IMG/VR virus record: IMGVR_UViG_3300042987_002221
Coordinates: 1-64,000 of that record
Length of the DNA stretch: 64,000 nucleotides
Source: an uncultured virus (IMG/VR IMGVR_UViG_3300042987_002221)
Taxonomy: Duplodnaviria; Heunggongvirae; Uroviricota; Caudoviricetes
Strand: one strand, 5' to 3'
The notes under the pieces are model-generated. The model made no database searches. It was given only the letters and a program-made list of their open reading frames with translations, and was not told where the DNA came from. Every line of letters starts with the position of its first letter. Positions within the stretch are counted from its first letter, which is position 1. Positions 30,940 to 42,800 of this stretch are shown in pieces. A program made the translations under genes and the position numbers.

Positions 30940-31524
30940 TTATTGTTTGAAGTTGTAAGATAGACTTATTCTAATGTCACTAGATTCATGCCTTTCTACT
31001 GCATGAAGAAGATAGCTAGGAAATACAAGCAATGTACCTGGAATACTTTTGCATATTATTTGATCTACGGTTTGTTGATTTTTGTTTGTTTTGTTAACAT
31101 AGTACATATTACTTATTGGACTATTAAAAAACACTCTTGCACCATCTTCACTGCAGGTCAAAATATAAATTGCTGATACTACACTTGTTGGATGAACATG
31201 ATTTTCTTGAAAGTCATTTCGTTCATAGATATTAAACCAAGAACCATTGTTAGATAAAGATGATGTATCAATGTCTGCTTTTGTGCAGTATTCAATGATT
31301 TGATCTTTTACCCAATTGTTTAAATTAGCAAACTTGTTATCACGAAAAATTTCATATTTGCCATTACTGGTGTTATATGTTTTATTTGATAACCAACCTT
31401 GCCCACCTGATTCAACAGTTTGTTTTAGTTTAATGCAATGACTAACTAACTCTTGTTGTATTTCAAGATGAGTAGGATTGGATGCAGATCCTACCAAAGT
31501 GGGAAAAAATAAATTTATATCCAT
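30940..31524 (-). CDS. 2OG-Fe(II) oxygenase (TIGR02466-like)
   Basis: LFFPT, HVHP, FPSYLLHAV and RISLSYN motifs. Confidence 0.8.
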   Translation of the reverse strand: MDINLFFPTLVGSASNPTHLEIQQELVSHCIKLKQTVESGGQGWLSNKTYNTSNGKYEIFRDNKFANLNNWVKDQIIEYCTKADIDTSSLSNNGSWFNIYERNDFQENHVHPTSVVSAIYILTCSEDGARVFFNSPISNMYYVNKTNKNQQTVDQIICKSIPGTLLVFPSYLLHAVERHESSDIRISLSYNFKQ

Positions 31525-32309
31525 GCATTCCAGAAGATTTCTCTGTTGTATTGCTCGTATAAATCTAACCCTAAATACTCAACACAATTTACAGTTGTCT
31601 TGTTAATTTCTGGTTTAATTCTGTGTAAGTTTGGTAGTCCCACTGCATGATCGTTATACATTTCATCTTGTTTTATGTTTTGAAAATCATGATCAAAATG
31701 AGGTATTTCAAAGAAATCATATATTCTTCTTGTTTGTGCTTTAGGGCTACTGCAATACCTATTGTAGTCTACAAACAAAAACCTATCTAAGTAACCCATT
31801 ATTATTGCATCTTTGATATGTCTATGTGCAATTCCCATAGCACCATCTGGACCTGCATAGTAATATGCTCTACCTGCGATACTTGAACCTTCTCTTAGAG
31901 AGAGGTCGGCCCTTGTAAAGAACAATGGATTTTCTTTCCGTAGACGTTCAAAGCTGGCTAATATTTCTGCAGGATTTCTGACACATACAATAATTTTAAC
32001 CTGACATTGCATTACTTCTTCAACTGCGGCTAGTATTGGAATCCAACCTCTGTCCTTGTCAAAAATTATAGGCTTATTGATATGTGAGTAATAACCCTGT
32101 AGTATACCTGTTAGTACGCCTTTTTTTGCATCATAGTTGGGGTATTCTTGATTAGATTCAATAGAACCCCAATTAGCGTTTACAGTCCCAAAAATAGATG
32201 CAAGTGAACTAACTGCTTCTCCATGAATATTGGGATTCTGTTTTAGAATATTTGTGATTAGTGTAGATCCTGAGCGTGGCAAGCCTGAAATAAAATGTAA
32301 AGTTTTCAT
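31515..32309 (-). CDS. Sulfotransferase family protein
   Basis: GLPRSGSTLI and VRNPAEILASF motifs; paralog of 20299-21264. Confidence 0.85.
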   Translation of the reverse strand: MKTLHFISGLPRSGSTLITNILKQNPNIHGEAVSSLASIFGTVNANWGSIESNQEYPNYDAKKGVLTGILQGYYSHINKPIIFDKDRGWIPILAAVEEVMQCQVKIIVCVRNPAEILASFERLRKENPLFFTRADLSLREGSSIAGRAYYYAGPDGAMGIAHRHIKDAIIMGYLDRFLFVDYNRYCSSPKAQTRRIYDFFEIPHFDHDFQNIKQDEMYNDHAVGLPNLHRIKPEINKTTVNCVEYLGLDLYEQYNREIFWNAWI

Positions 32310-32337
32310 TGATATCCTTCAAAAGTTACAAGTTTAT

Positions 32338-33390
32338 TTACTCTTGTTTAGGTTCTTGATTAATTTTTTGAGGATAAAGTTTGTGTAGTTCTTCCTTTAA
32401 TTCAGTAAATGTTTCTTCCCACTTGCTAAATTTTTTCTGTCTAAACACAACTGTATTTTCAGTATACCATGGACTATGTTTATCTCCGTATGCCCAAACA
32501 TGATATGGAAGAATAGGAACTATAACCCAAGTTGGCTTGCCCATTGCAGAAGCCAAATGAGCTATACTTGTGCATGATGATATTACTAAGTCTAGGTTCT
32601 CAATACATGCTGCTGTGTCTTCCCAACTTATCAATATATGATTTAAATCACTGATACCTTCTGGAAGTTCTCTTAGATCGCTATCACGTTGTAGTGAATA
32701 CCATTGACAATGTGGAAATTCTTTTTGAATTTTGATTAACATTTCTGGTGGAAATATTCTAAATTGTTGATGTTCAAATTTAGGATTGCCACTCCAACGA
32801 ATACCTATTTTTGGTTTGTCACCTTTGATTAGTTCTTTCCAAACTTGAACGCTTTCTGGTTTTGCAAAAATATATGGTTCGTTGGGTATAGTATCAACAG
32901 TATGACCAAACATCCAACTACAACTAAAACCAGGAACCCAAAAATCGTGATGTGTTGATTGTACTTCTTGCAATGTTATACAAGCTGTTACACCTGGAAT
33001 ACGCATGAAGATTGAATGTACAGTTTTATCACAACATAGTATACATTTTCCCCCACGCCGCCAGACTTCTGTTGCAAACCTAGCTTGTATGATGTTATCG
33101 CCGTATCCTGCTTCTAAGTTGATAATAACAGTTTTATCAGTTAAATCTGTTCCATCCCAAATTGGTTTAGTGGTATGAAGTTTTGGAGAACCATAAACGT
33201 TAAGTGATCTTCCGTATTCTAAGCATTGAAACCCTTCTTGCCATTTACCTTGATTGATGAGAAACCAACCACGGTTAAATTTAGCTCTACGATCAGTTGG
33301 ATCGATACGTTCAAGTTCTTCTGCAATTTTCCAACCATCTTCAAATCTACCACGAATCATTAAATTAAGTTCTTGGTCAATTAAATGCAT
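32338..33390 (-). CDS. TPR plus GT9-like glycosyltransferase
   Basis: TPR-like N-terminus; EAGYGDNIIQARF, IGIRWSGNP and LDLVISSCTSIAHLASAMGKPTW motifs. Confidence 0.8.
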   Translation of the reverse strand: MHLIDQELNLMIRGRFEDGWKIAEELERIDPTDRRAKFNRGWFLINQGKWQEGFQCLEYGRSLNVYGSPKLHTTKPIWDGTDLTDKTVIINLEAGYGDNIIQARFATEVWRRGGKCILCCDKTVHSIFMRIPGVTACITLQEVQSTHHDFWVPGFSCSWMFGHTVDTIPNEPYIFAKPESVQVWKELIKGDKPKIGIRWSGNPKFEHQQFRIFPPEMLIKIQKEFPHCQWYSLQRDSDLRELPEGISDLNHILISWEDTAACIENLDLVISSCTSIAHLASAMGKPTWVIVPILPYHVWAYGDKHSPWYTENTVVFRQKKFSKWEETFTELKEELHKLYPQKINQEPKQE

Positions 33391-33413
33391 TTAAAATCCT
33401 CATAAATAAATAC

Positions 33414-33421
33414 TATTTATA
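33414..33421 (-). promoter_or_regulatory. T4-like late promoter TATAAATA upstream of the glycan-modification operon
   Basis: Perfect T4 late consensus on the minus strand upstream of the ATG at 33390. Confidence 0.65.
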
Positions 33422-33432
33422 ATTCATATTAA

Positions 33433-36400
33433 TTATGAAAATATTCCAAAAGTTGTGTTTCCGCCTGTACTAACCATAGTCCAACTACTTGTTCCTATTT
33501 GTACTGGACTTGACCTATTGATTGTAGTGTTGTCACCTATTTGTCCGAAATTATTACGTCCCCATGTAAACAAAGCATTGTCACTACGAATTGCCGCGGT
33601 AAAAGAAAATCCAGCATTCACACTTGTCCAACTACTTGTTCCGATTTGTATTGGACTTGATCTATTAAACGTAGTGTTGTCTCCTACTTGACCGAAAACG
33701 TTTTCTCCCCATATAAATAGCAGTGAATCACTTCGTATAGCGGCAGTATGGTTCTCTCCTGCGGTTTCGGACACCCAACTGTTTGTACCTACCTGTGCTG
33801 GACTAGAAACACTTGATAAAATGTTTTCACCGACCTGTACTGGACTTGATATATTGTTACCACTAGTTCCGATTCCCAATTGACCATATCCCCTAGCTCC
33901 CCAGGTAAATAAAATATTATCGCTACGAATTGCTGCTGTATGAGTTCCTCCGGCACTTACCGTAGTCCAACTACTTGTTCCTATTTGTACTGGACTTGAC
34001 CTGTTGGCTGTTGCATTGTCACCTAATTGTCCCGAAATCCACAAACCCCAAGTAAATAATGCGCCGTCTGATCTAATTGCAGCGGTGTGAGTGCCACCTG
34101 CACTCACTGATGTCCAACTACTGGTTCCTATTTGTACTGGACTTGACCTGTCAATAGTAGAATCATTTCCTAATCTACCTGAACTACCTACTCCCCATGT
34201 AAATAAAATATTGTCGTTGCGAATTGCTGCTGTATGAGTTCCTCCAGCACTTACTGTAATCCAACTGCCGGTACCTATTTGTACTGGACTTGACCTGTCA
34301 ATAGTAGAATCATTTCCTAATCTACCTGAACTACCTACTCCCCATGTAAATAAAATATTGTCGCTGCGAATTGCTGCTGTATGAGTTCCTCCAGCACTTA
34401 CCGTAATCCAACTGTCGATACCTATTTGTACTGGACTTGACCTGTTGGCTGTTGCATTGTCACCTAGTTGCCCAAATCTATTATATCCCCAAGTAAATAA
34501 AGCACCATCAATTCTTAATGCAGTAGTGTGTGCTGCTCCTGCACTTATAGTAGTCCAACTACTTGCACCAATTTGAATTGGACTTGATCTATTGGTTGTG
34601 CCGTCACCTAATCTACCTAATGTTCCTAAACCCCAAGTAAATAATCTCCCATCAACTCTAATAGCACCAGTATGAAATACACCAGCACCTACTGATGTCC
34701 AACTACTTGTGCCTATTTGTATTGGACTGGATCTGTCGGTTGTTGTTCCGTCACCTAATCTACCTGAACTACCTGCTCCCCAAGTAAATAAAGCTCCGTC
34801 ACTTCGTATGGCAGCAGTATGGACATTACCTGCACTTACTGTGGTCCAACTATAAACATCAGTACATGTGCCTAATTGTCCTGATGTATTTAATCCCCAG
34901 GTAAATAAAATATTGTCACTACGAATTGCTGCTGTATGAGAACCACCTCCGCTCACGCTAATCCAACTGCTTGTTCCTATTTGTACTGGACTTGATTTGT
35001 CCACAGTAGTTTCATCACCTAATCTACCGTTAGCTCCCCAACCCCAAGTAAATAGTTTTCTATTGGCTGCTATTGCAGCAGTATGATACTGTCCGGCGCT
35101 AACACTAATCCAACAGCTTGTGCCAACCTGTACTGGACTTGACCTGTTAACATTAGAATTATCTCCCAATCTACCATTTGCTCCGAATCCCCAAGTAAAT
35201 AATCTTCCTCCTAATAATATACCAACAGTATGCGCTTGTCCTACACTTACATTTGCCCAACTATTTGTACCAATTTGTACTGGGCTTGATCTGTTAGTTG
35301 TAGTATCATCGCCTAATTGTCCGTCAAGATTTCTTCCCCATGTAAATAGTAATCTATCATTACGAATTGCTGCAACATGACTTGGTCCTGCACTTACTGA
35401 AACCCAACTGTTTGTTCCTATTTGCGAAGGGGTTGATCTATTAACAGTTGTAAAACCTATTAGTACCGGACTTGATCTGTTAACAGTGTTTAAATCACCT
35501 AATCTACCGGATGATCCTAATCCCCATGTGTATACCGTGTTATTGTTAAGTAAGGCTAACGTGTGAAATCCACCTGAACTTGTTACGGTCCAATTACTGG
35601 ATCCTATTACTACAGGACTTGATCTATCAATAGTGGAGTTATTTCCTAACCTACCGTTAGTTCCTGTTCCCCATGCAAATATTAAATTTGCTGTTGTAAT
35701 TGCTGTTGCAAAATTTACTCCAGCACTAACCTTACACCATGTATTTGCACCAACTTGCACAGGGCTACATCTATCCCCGCTGCTTAATCCAATACCTAAT
35801 TGACCAAATGAGCCTGCCCCCCATGTAAATAGTAAATTATCCTGTCTTATTCCTGTGCTAAAAAAACTACCAAGGCTTGCGCTTATATCTACCCAATTAT
35901 TAGATCCTATTTGTACTGGACTTGACCTATTTATTACAGTACCATCACCTAATTGCCCTGAACCACCGTTCCCCCAAGCCCAAAGTTTATTTGTATCACT
36001 AATAGCCAGTATATGGTCTCTTCCTGCACTTACTTTTGTCCAATTATTGGTGCCGACTTGCACTGGACTTGATCTATTTGTAGTGTCACCTAAGCCTAAT
36101 TGTCCACTATCATTAGATCCCCAAGTAAATAATTTATTAGAAAGTAATCCTGCTGCTACTGTTCTTCCTGCACTTACAGATGTCCAACTACTTGTACCTA
36201 TTTGAATTGGACTTGATTTATCTACAGTAGTTCCATCACCTAATTGTCCTGATGCATTTGCTCCCCAAACAAATAATGATCCATCATTACGAACGGCTAA
36301 ATTCCAATTTAAACCGGCACTTACACTTGTCCAGCTACTAGCGCCAATTTGAATTGGGCTAGATTCACTGACTGTACTGGCGTTACCTAATGCACCACTT

Positions 36401-36759
36401 GTACCTACTCCCCAAGTAAATAGTGAACCATCGCTGCGTATTGCTGCTGAATGACAGTATCCTGCACTTATAGTATTCCAACTTGTAGGAATGCTTCCTA
36501 ATTTTCCATAATTATTTTGTCCCCATGCATAAAGGAAAAATGCATCGACCGAAGTCAATGATGCAAATAATGTACCGATGTCAGACCCTGTTTTTTTATA
36601 ATTTGTGGTTCCATATGGTAGACCACATGAAGCAGGTAGGTATAAATTAGATATATCATTGCCTGAAATTCTATAGCCTACGTCGGCAATTTTATTGGTA
36701 GTGCCTATAGGTGCAAATAAATTATCTAAATCAGTGCCATTTACTTTAAATCCGGCCAT
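33433..36759 (-). CDS. RCC1-repeat protein, 1108 aa, 21 blades (3 nested 7-bladed propellers)
   Basis: About 49-aa repeat WTSVSAG..HTAAIRSDG.LFTWG....GQLGD.TT.NRSSPVQIGTSS; N-terminal ~75 aa homologous to the larger paralog. Confidence 0.9.
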   Translation of the reverse strand: MAGFKVNGTDLDNLFAPIGTTNKIADVGYRISGNDISNLYLPASCGLPYGTTNYKKTGSDIGTLFASLTSVDAFFLYAWGQNNYGKLGSIPTSWNTISAGYCHSAAIRSDGSLFTWGVGTSGALGNASTVSESSPIQIGASSWTSVSAGLNWNLAVRNDGSLFVWGANASGQLGDGTTVDKSSPIQIGTSSWTSVSAGRTVAAGLLSNKLFTWGSNDSGQLGLGDTTNRSSPVQVGTNNWTKVSAGRDHILAISDTNKLWAWGNGGSGQLGDGTVINRSSPVQIGSNNWVDISASLGSFFSTGIRQDNLLFTWGAGSFGQLGIGLSSGDRCSPVQVGANTWCKVSAGVNFATAITTANLIFAWGTGTNGRLGNNSTIDRSSPVVIGSSNWTVTSSGGFHTLALLNNNTVYTWGLGSSGRLGDLNTVNRSSPVLIGFTTVNRSTPSQIGTNSWVSVSAGPSHVAAIRNDRLLFTWGRNLDGQLGDDTTTNRSSPVQIGTNSWANVSVGQAHTVGILLGGRLFTWGFGANGRLGDNSNVNRSSPVQVGTSCWISVSAGQYHTAAIAANRKLFTWGWGANGRLGDETTVDKSSPVQIGTSSWISVSGGGSHTAAIRSDNILFTWGLNTSGQLGTCTDVYSWTTVSAGNVHTAAIRSDGALFTWGAGSSGRLGDGTTTDRSSPIQIGTSSWTSVGAGVFHTGAIRVDGRLFTWGLGTLGRLGDGTTNRSSPIQIGASSWTTISAGAAHTTALRIDGALFTWGYNRFGQLGDNATANRSSPVQIGIDSWITVSAGGTHTAAIRSDNILFTWGVGSSGRLGNDSTIDRSSPVQIGTGSWITVSAGGTHTAAIRNDNILFTWGVGSSGRLGNDSTIDRSSPVQIGTSSWTSVSAGGTHTAAIRSDGALFTWGLWISGQLGDNATANRSSPVQIGTSSWTTVSAGGTHTAAIRSDNILFTWGARGYGQLGIGTSGNNISSPVQVGENILSSVSSPAQVGTNSWVSETAGENHTAAIRSDSLLFIWGENVFGQVGDNTTFNRSSPIQIGTSSWTSVNAGFSFTAAIRSDNALFTWGRNNFGQIGDNTTINRSSPVQIGTSSWTMVSTGGNTTFGIFS
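34141..34410. repeat. Near-identical 147-nt tandem blade duplication within the RCC1 gene
   Basis: ACTTGACCTGTCAATAGTAGAATCATTTCCTAATCTACCTGAACTACCTACTCCCCATGTAAATAAAATATTGTCG... starts at both 34141 and 34288. Confidence 0.8.
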
Positions 36760-36844
36760 ATTTTAACCTTATGTATAATTTTTATATATTTATTGTATTT
36801 AGTTTTTTTGGGTCATTATAGTTTTGTACGAAGTTCAAATTTTG

Positions 36845-39800
36845 TTACGCCTTTAATAATCCTAAAGTAAATGTGTCACCTGCACCTATCGCAGACCAAC
36901 TATTACTACCTATTGATACTGGACTTGATCTATCTATGGTATTTTGGGTACCTAAACGTCCTGAACTACCTGCTCCCCAAGCAAACAAAAGACCGTCTGT
37001 TCTAATTGCAGCAGTATGTGCTGTGCCTGCACTAATTGCGGTCCAACTACTGGATCCAATTTGTACTGGACTTGATCTGTCAATTGTTGTTCCGTCACCT
37101 AATCTACCTGATGTACCTGCTCCCCATGTAAAAAGTGTATAGTCACTACGTATTGCAGCGGTGTGTGAAGCATTACTATTAACTTGACGCCAACTATTAA
37201 AATTAACAAGTATTGGTGATGATGATTGGCTTATTCCGCCTAAAACAGTGAGTGTTGAAGTAGTCTGTGTGACAGTTGAGTTATTTCCTATTTGTCCTGA
37301 CCCTCCTCCCCCCCACATATATAAAAGTGAATTTGATGTGATTCCGCCATTACTTTGAATTACAGTCCAACTTTGTGTACCTATTTGTACTGGACTTGAA
37401 CGGGTATTAGTTGTTCCATCTCCCCAATAATCGCTCCCCCATCCATATATCAAATTAGTGTTATTAATTGCCCAGGTACTACCTCCAAATGATATGTTTA
37501 CCGCTGTCCAACTATTTGTTCCTATCTGCACAGGACTAGAGTTTGTAGTTCTTGTATTATCTCCTATTTGTCCTGATGTATTTGATCCCCAGGTAAATAA
37601 TGCACCATCAGCGCGAATTGCACCGGAGTTATAACCTCCTGCACTAATTGCGGTCCAACTACTGGATCCAATTTGCACTGGACTGTTTTTGTTTATTGTT
37701 GTTCCGTCACCTAATTGTCCTGATGTATTTGATCCCCAGGTAAATAACGCCCCGTCACTTCGCAAAGCAATTGCATGTCTGCGTCCGGCTGAAACTTGAG
37801 TCCAACTGCTGGTTCCTATGTTCACTGGGCTAGTGTCAAATGCTACTCCTGAACCTTGACCTAATTGCCCTACACTATTATCACCCCAACTAAAAAGTCT
37901 CCCATCAACGCGAATAGCAAAACTTGTAAGTTCGGTTGCTGCTGCAATTGCAATCCAACTGCTGGTTCCTATTTGTACTGGACTAGAATAATCAATTTGG
38001 TTACCTTGTCCCAATGCTCCGTTAGTTCCTCTACCCCATGCAAATAATCGCCCGTCGATACGTATAGCTAAACTAACATTGGTTCCTTGACTAATAGCAG
38101 TCCAACTGCTTGTTCCGATTTGTACTGGACTCGACCTATTGATTTTGGTGTTGTCACCTACTTGTCCAAAATCATTAAGGCCCCAACTAAACAATAAATC
38201 GTCATTACGTATCGCTAATACTGTGTTAACGACAACAGATAAATTCTTCCAAGTTAGAGGTGCAGTATTTCCAAATTGTCCATATCTATTACTTCCCCAT
38301 GTATATAAATATCCATCACTTCGTATAGCATGTGCATTTATGTAACCTGCAGTTACAGCGGTCCAACTGCTTGAACCAATTTGTACTGGACTACTACGGT
38401 TAACCGTAGTTCCGTCTCCCAAACGTCCGCTACTGTTTAATCCCCATGTAAATAATGAGCCATTATTTTTGATTGCAGCAGTAAAGGGGCCATTTTTACC
38501 GGCACTGACACTAGTCCAACTGCTTGTTCCTAATTGAACTGGACTTGATCTGTTTATTGTAGTATCATCACCTATTTGCCCTGAACTGTTACTTCCCCAT
38601 ACAAATAATGCATTGTCACTTCTTATTGCCGCAGTATGTGATGCACCTGCACTTATACTAGTCCAACTACTTGATCCAATTTGTATAGGGCTTGATCTGG
38701 ACAATATTGTGCCGTCCCCAAGTTGACCAAGATTATTACTCCCCCATGCAAATAATAATTTATCACTTCTTATTGCCATAGAATGAGACGCACCTGCACT
38801 TACGGATGTCCAACTACTTGTGCCTATTTGATTAGGGGATGAAGTATCAATTGGTTGTCCTCCTACTTGTACTGGACTTGATCTATTGATTGTAGTGTTG
38901 TCACCTATTTGTCCTGATGCATTTGCTCCCCATGTAAATAATAAGCTATCTTGTTTTATTGCTGCTGTGTGAGTAATACCTGCACTTACACTAGTCCAAC
39001 TGCTTGTTCCAATTTGTACTGGACTTGATCTGGTTATAGTGGTATTGTCACCTATTTGTCCTGATGAATTGAATCCCCAGGTAAATAATGAACCATCAAT
39101 TCTTATTGCTGCTGTGTGAGTACCACCTGCATTTACGGTAGTCCAGCTACTTGTTCCAATTTGCACTGGACTTGATCTATTAATGGTGTCGTTTGTCCCT
39201 AATCTACCCGAACTGCCTGCACCCCAAACAAATAAACCATTATCTTGTCTTATTGCAGCAGTGTGCGTTGCACCTGCACTTACAGATGTCCAACTGCTAT
39301 TTCCAATTTGAACTGGATTAGAAAAAGAAGTTATTAGTATACCTCCTAATACAACTGGACTTGATCTAGCGATAGTTGTATTATCACCTAATTGTCCTGA
39401 AGTTCCTAATCCCCAAGCATATAATGTGTTATCAATTTCTAGTCCTAAAGTTGAATTACCACCACTACTAATTGTAGTCCAACTACTTGTTCCTATCTGT
39501 ACCGGACTTGATCTGTTAATAGTAGTATTATCACCCAATTGACCTGATGAATTTAATCCCCAGGTAAATAAAGCACCATCACTTCTTATTGCAGAGGTAT
39601 GAGTGAAGCCAGCACTTACAGATGTCCAACTGCTTGTTCCAATTTGTACTGGGCTTGATTTACTAATAGTTGTGCCATCTCCTAAACGTCCTGAACTACC
39701 TAAACCCCAAGTAAATAATGCACTGTCTGTTCTAATTGCTGCTGCAAAACAACATCCCGCACTTACTGATGTCCAACTGCTGGTTCCAACTTGAACTGGA

Positions 39801-42800
39801 GAAAAAACCTGTACTGGATTTATATTACCTAAAATTAATGGTGTTGAGTTGCTTATATTGGTGTTATTACCTATTCTTCCTGAACTTCCTTCACCCCAAA
39901 TATATGCTACAGCGGTACTATCAATTGCTGACATAAAATCTTGTCCTGCACTTACTGATGTCCAACTACTTGTTCCAATTTGCACTGGACTTGATCTGTT
40001 AATAGTAGTATTATCACCCAATTGACCTGATGAATTGAATCCCCAGGTAAATAAAGCACCATCACTTCTTATTGCAGCAGGATTTGATGAATTTTCACCT
40101 GCGCTTACAAATGTCCAGCTGCTTGATCCTATTTGGGCGGGGATTGATCTATCTATGGTATTTCCATCACCTAATCTACCGTTAGCTCCTAAACCCCAAG
40201 TAAAAAGTAAATTGTTTGAATTTATAGCTGCTGCAAAATTATATCCTGCACTTATTGCTATCCAACTACTAGTGCCTACTTGCACTGGAGAAGAAACTAG
40301 CAATGGGTTGATATTGCCTAATACTACTGGACTTGATCTAGTTATATTAGTGTTATCACCTATTCTACCTGAAGTACCATATCCCCAAAGATATGCAACA
40401 GAGCTGTTATCAATAGCCGACATAGATGCAGAACCTGCGCTTATACTAGTCCAACTTCCGGTACCTATTTGTACTGGACTTGATCTTCTAACTGTCGTAC
40501 CGTCTCCTAATGCTCCTAAACCATTACAGCCCCATGTAAATAGTAAACCATCATTACGAATTGCTGAAGTAAAATTAAGTACTCCTGCACTTACACTAGT
40601 CCAACTACAATTGCCAATTTGCACTGGAATGGATCGATTTATAGTTGAATTATCTCCTAGTTGACCGAAAAGATTATGTCCCCAGGTGAATAAGCCTCCA
40701 TCGTTACGGATAGCAGCAGTGAACAGATCCCCGCCTGCACTTACTGTTGTCCAACTACTTGATCCAACTTGCACAGGTGATGATCTTGGTTCTACAGCAA
40801 TACTGCCCACTAACACCAATGACGATCTACTTGTAGTTGAGTTGTTGCCTAATTGACCAGTATTTGCCGCACCTGTAATTTGTAAATCAGATGATAATAG
40901 TCCTATTACTCCTGTATTATTTCCCCCTGCGCTTACTTTAGTCCAAGTACTAGCACCGATTAGTACTGGACTTGATCTGTTAACTGAAGTGCCGTCTCCT
41001 AATTGTCCGTCAAGTCCTCTTCCCCATGTAAATAAAGTATTATTAATTGTTATTGCAGCAGTATGCGCTTCTCCTGCGCTTACTGCTGTCCAGCTATTTG
41101 TTCCTACTTGTACTGGGCTTGACCTAGCAATAATTGAATTATCACCTAATCTACCACTTGTTCCATATCCCCAAGTAAATAATGAACCACCTTGCCTTAT
41201 TGCTACTACATGTGCTTGTCCTGCGCTTACGGCTGTCCAACTACTCGTTCCAACTTGCACTGGACTGGATCTATTTAGTGTACCGCCATCACCCAATCTA
41301 CCATTTGAACCTGCTCCCCAAGTAAATAATCTACCGTCGTCATTTCTTATCGCAGCAGTCATTTGAAGTCCTGCACTTATAGTAGTCCAACTACTTGTGC
41401 CAATTTGCACTGGGCTTGATTTACTTGTTGTAGTACCGTCGCCCATTTGCCCGAAATTATTTAATCCCCAAGTAAATAACAAACTATCCGATTTGGTAGC
41501 TACTGTATGAGAACCACCTGCAGCTACGGCAGTCCAACTACTTGTGCCGATTTGTACTGGGCTTGATCTATTAATAGTTGTGCTATCACCTAATCTACCT
41601 GCACCACCTGCTCCCCAAGTAAATAAAGCACCGTCTGTTCTAATTGCGGCTGTGTGTGCAACTCCGGCACTTACACTGGTCCAACTGCTTGTTCCAATTT
41701 GCACTGGACTGGATCTATTTATTGTAGTACCATCACCCAATTGTCCATAGTTATTTAATCCCCAAGCATATAATATGTTAGTATTTGTTATAGCCGTAAC
41801 ATGAGAACGACCAAAAGAAACTGCATTCCAGCTTAATACTGCTGTTACTTCTCCTAATTGTCCTGATGCATTATCCCCCCATGTAAATAATGCACCATCC
41901 TGTCTTATTGCTGCGGTATTTCCATTTCCTGTACTAACAGTGGTCCAGCTACTTGTTCCAAGTTGTACTGGACTGGATCTATTTAGTGTACCGCCATCAC
42001 CCAATCTACCTGATGTTCCGAATCCCCAAATGAATAAAGAACCATCCTGTCTTATTGCTGCTGTGCTATAGGTTCCTGCACTGATACTAGTCCAACTGCT
42101 TGTTCCTACCTGTACTGGACTTGATCTGTTTACGGTTGTGTTGTCTCCTAATTGCCCTACACTATTAGAACCCCAAGTAAATAATCTTCCATCACTTCTT
42201 ATAGCTGTGCTATGTGAAAATCCTGCACTTACTGATGTCCAGCTGCTTACACCTACTTGTACTGGGCTTGACCTATCAAAAGTGTCTCCGCTTCCTAATC
42301 TACCTGCACCACCTGATCCCCACGTAAACAAAAGACCATCTGATCTAATAGCTAATACTTGTCCATTTCCTGATGCTATCGCGTTCCAACTTTGAACAGC
42401 AGTTAACCATCCTAATTGTCCGCAACCTCCAGTTCCCCATGTAAATAGTCTTCCGTCATTTCTAGTGGCTGCTGTAAAGTTATTTCCTGCGCTAACGGTA
42501 GTCCAACTACTTGTTCCAATTTGTACTGGACTAGACCTATTAACGGTATTACTGTCTCCTAATCTACCTGTTGCACCGCATCCCCAAGTGAATATTGAAC
42601 CATCTAATCTTACTGCCGCAGTATGAAAACATCCTGCACTTACTGTTGTCCAACTACTAGTTCCTATTTGTACCGGACTTGATCTATCAATTGTAGTATT
42701 GTTTCCCAAACGACCTGCACCACCTGCTCCCCAAGTAAATAATCTTCCGTCACTTCGTATTGCAGCAACGTGAGTGGCCCCTGCATCTACACTAGTCCAA

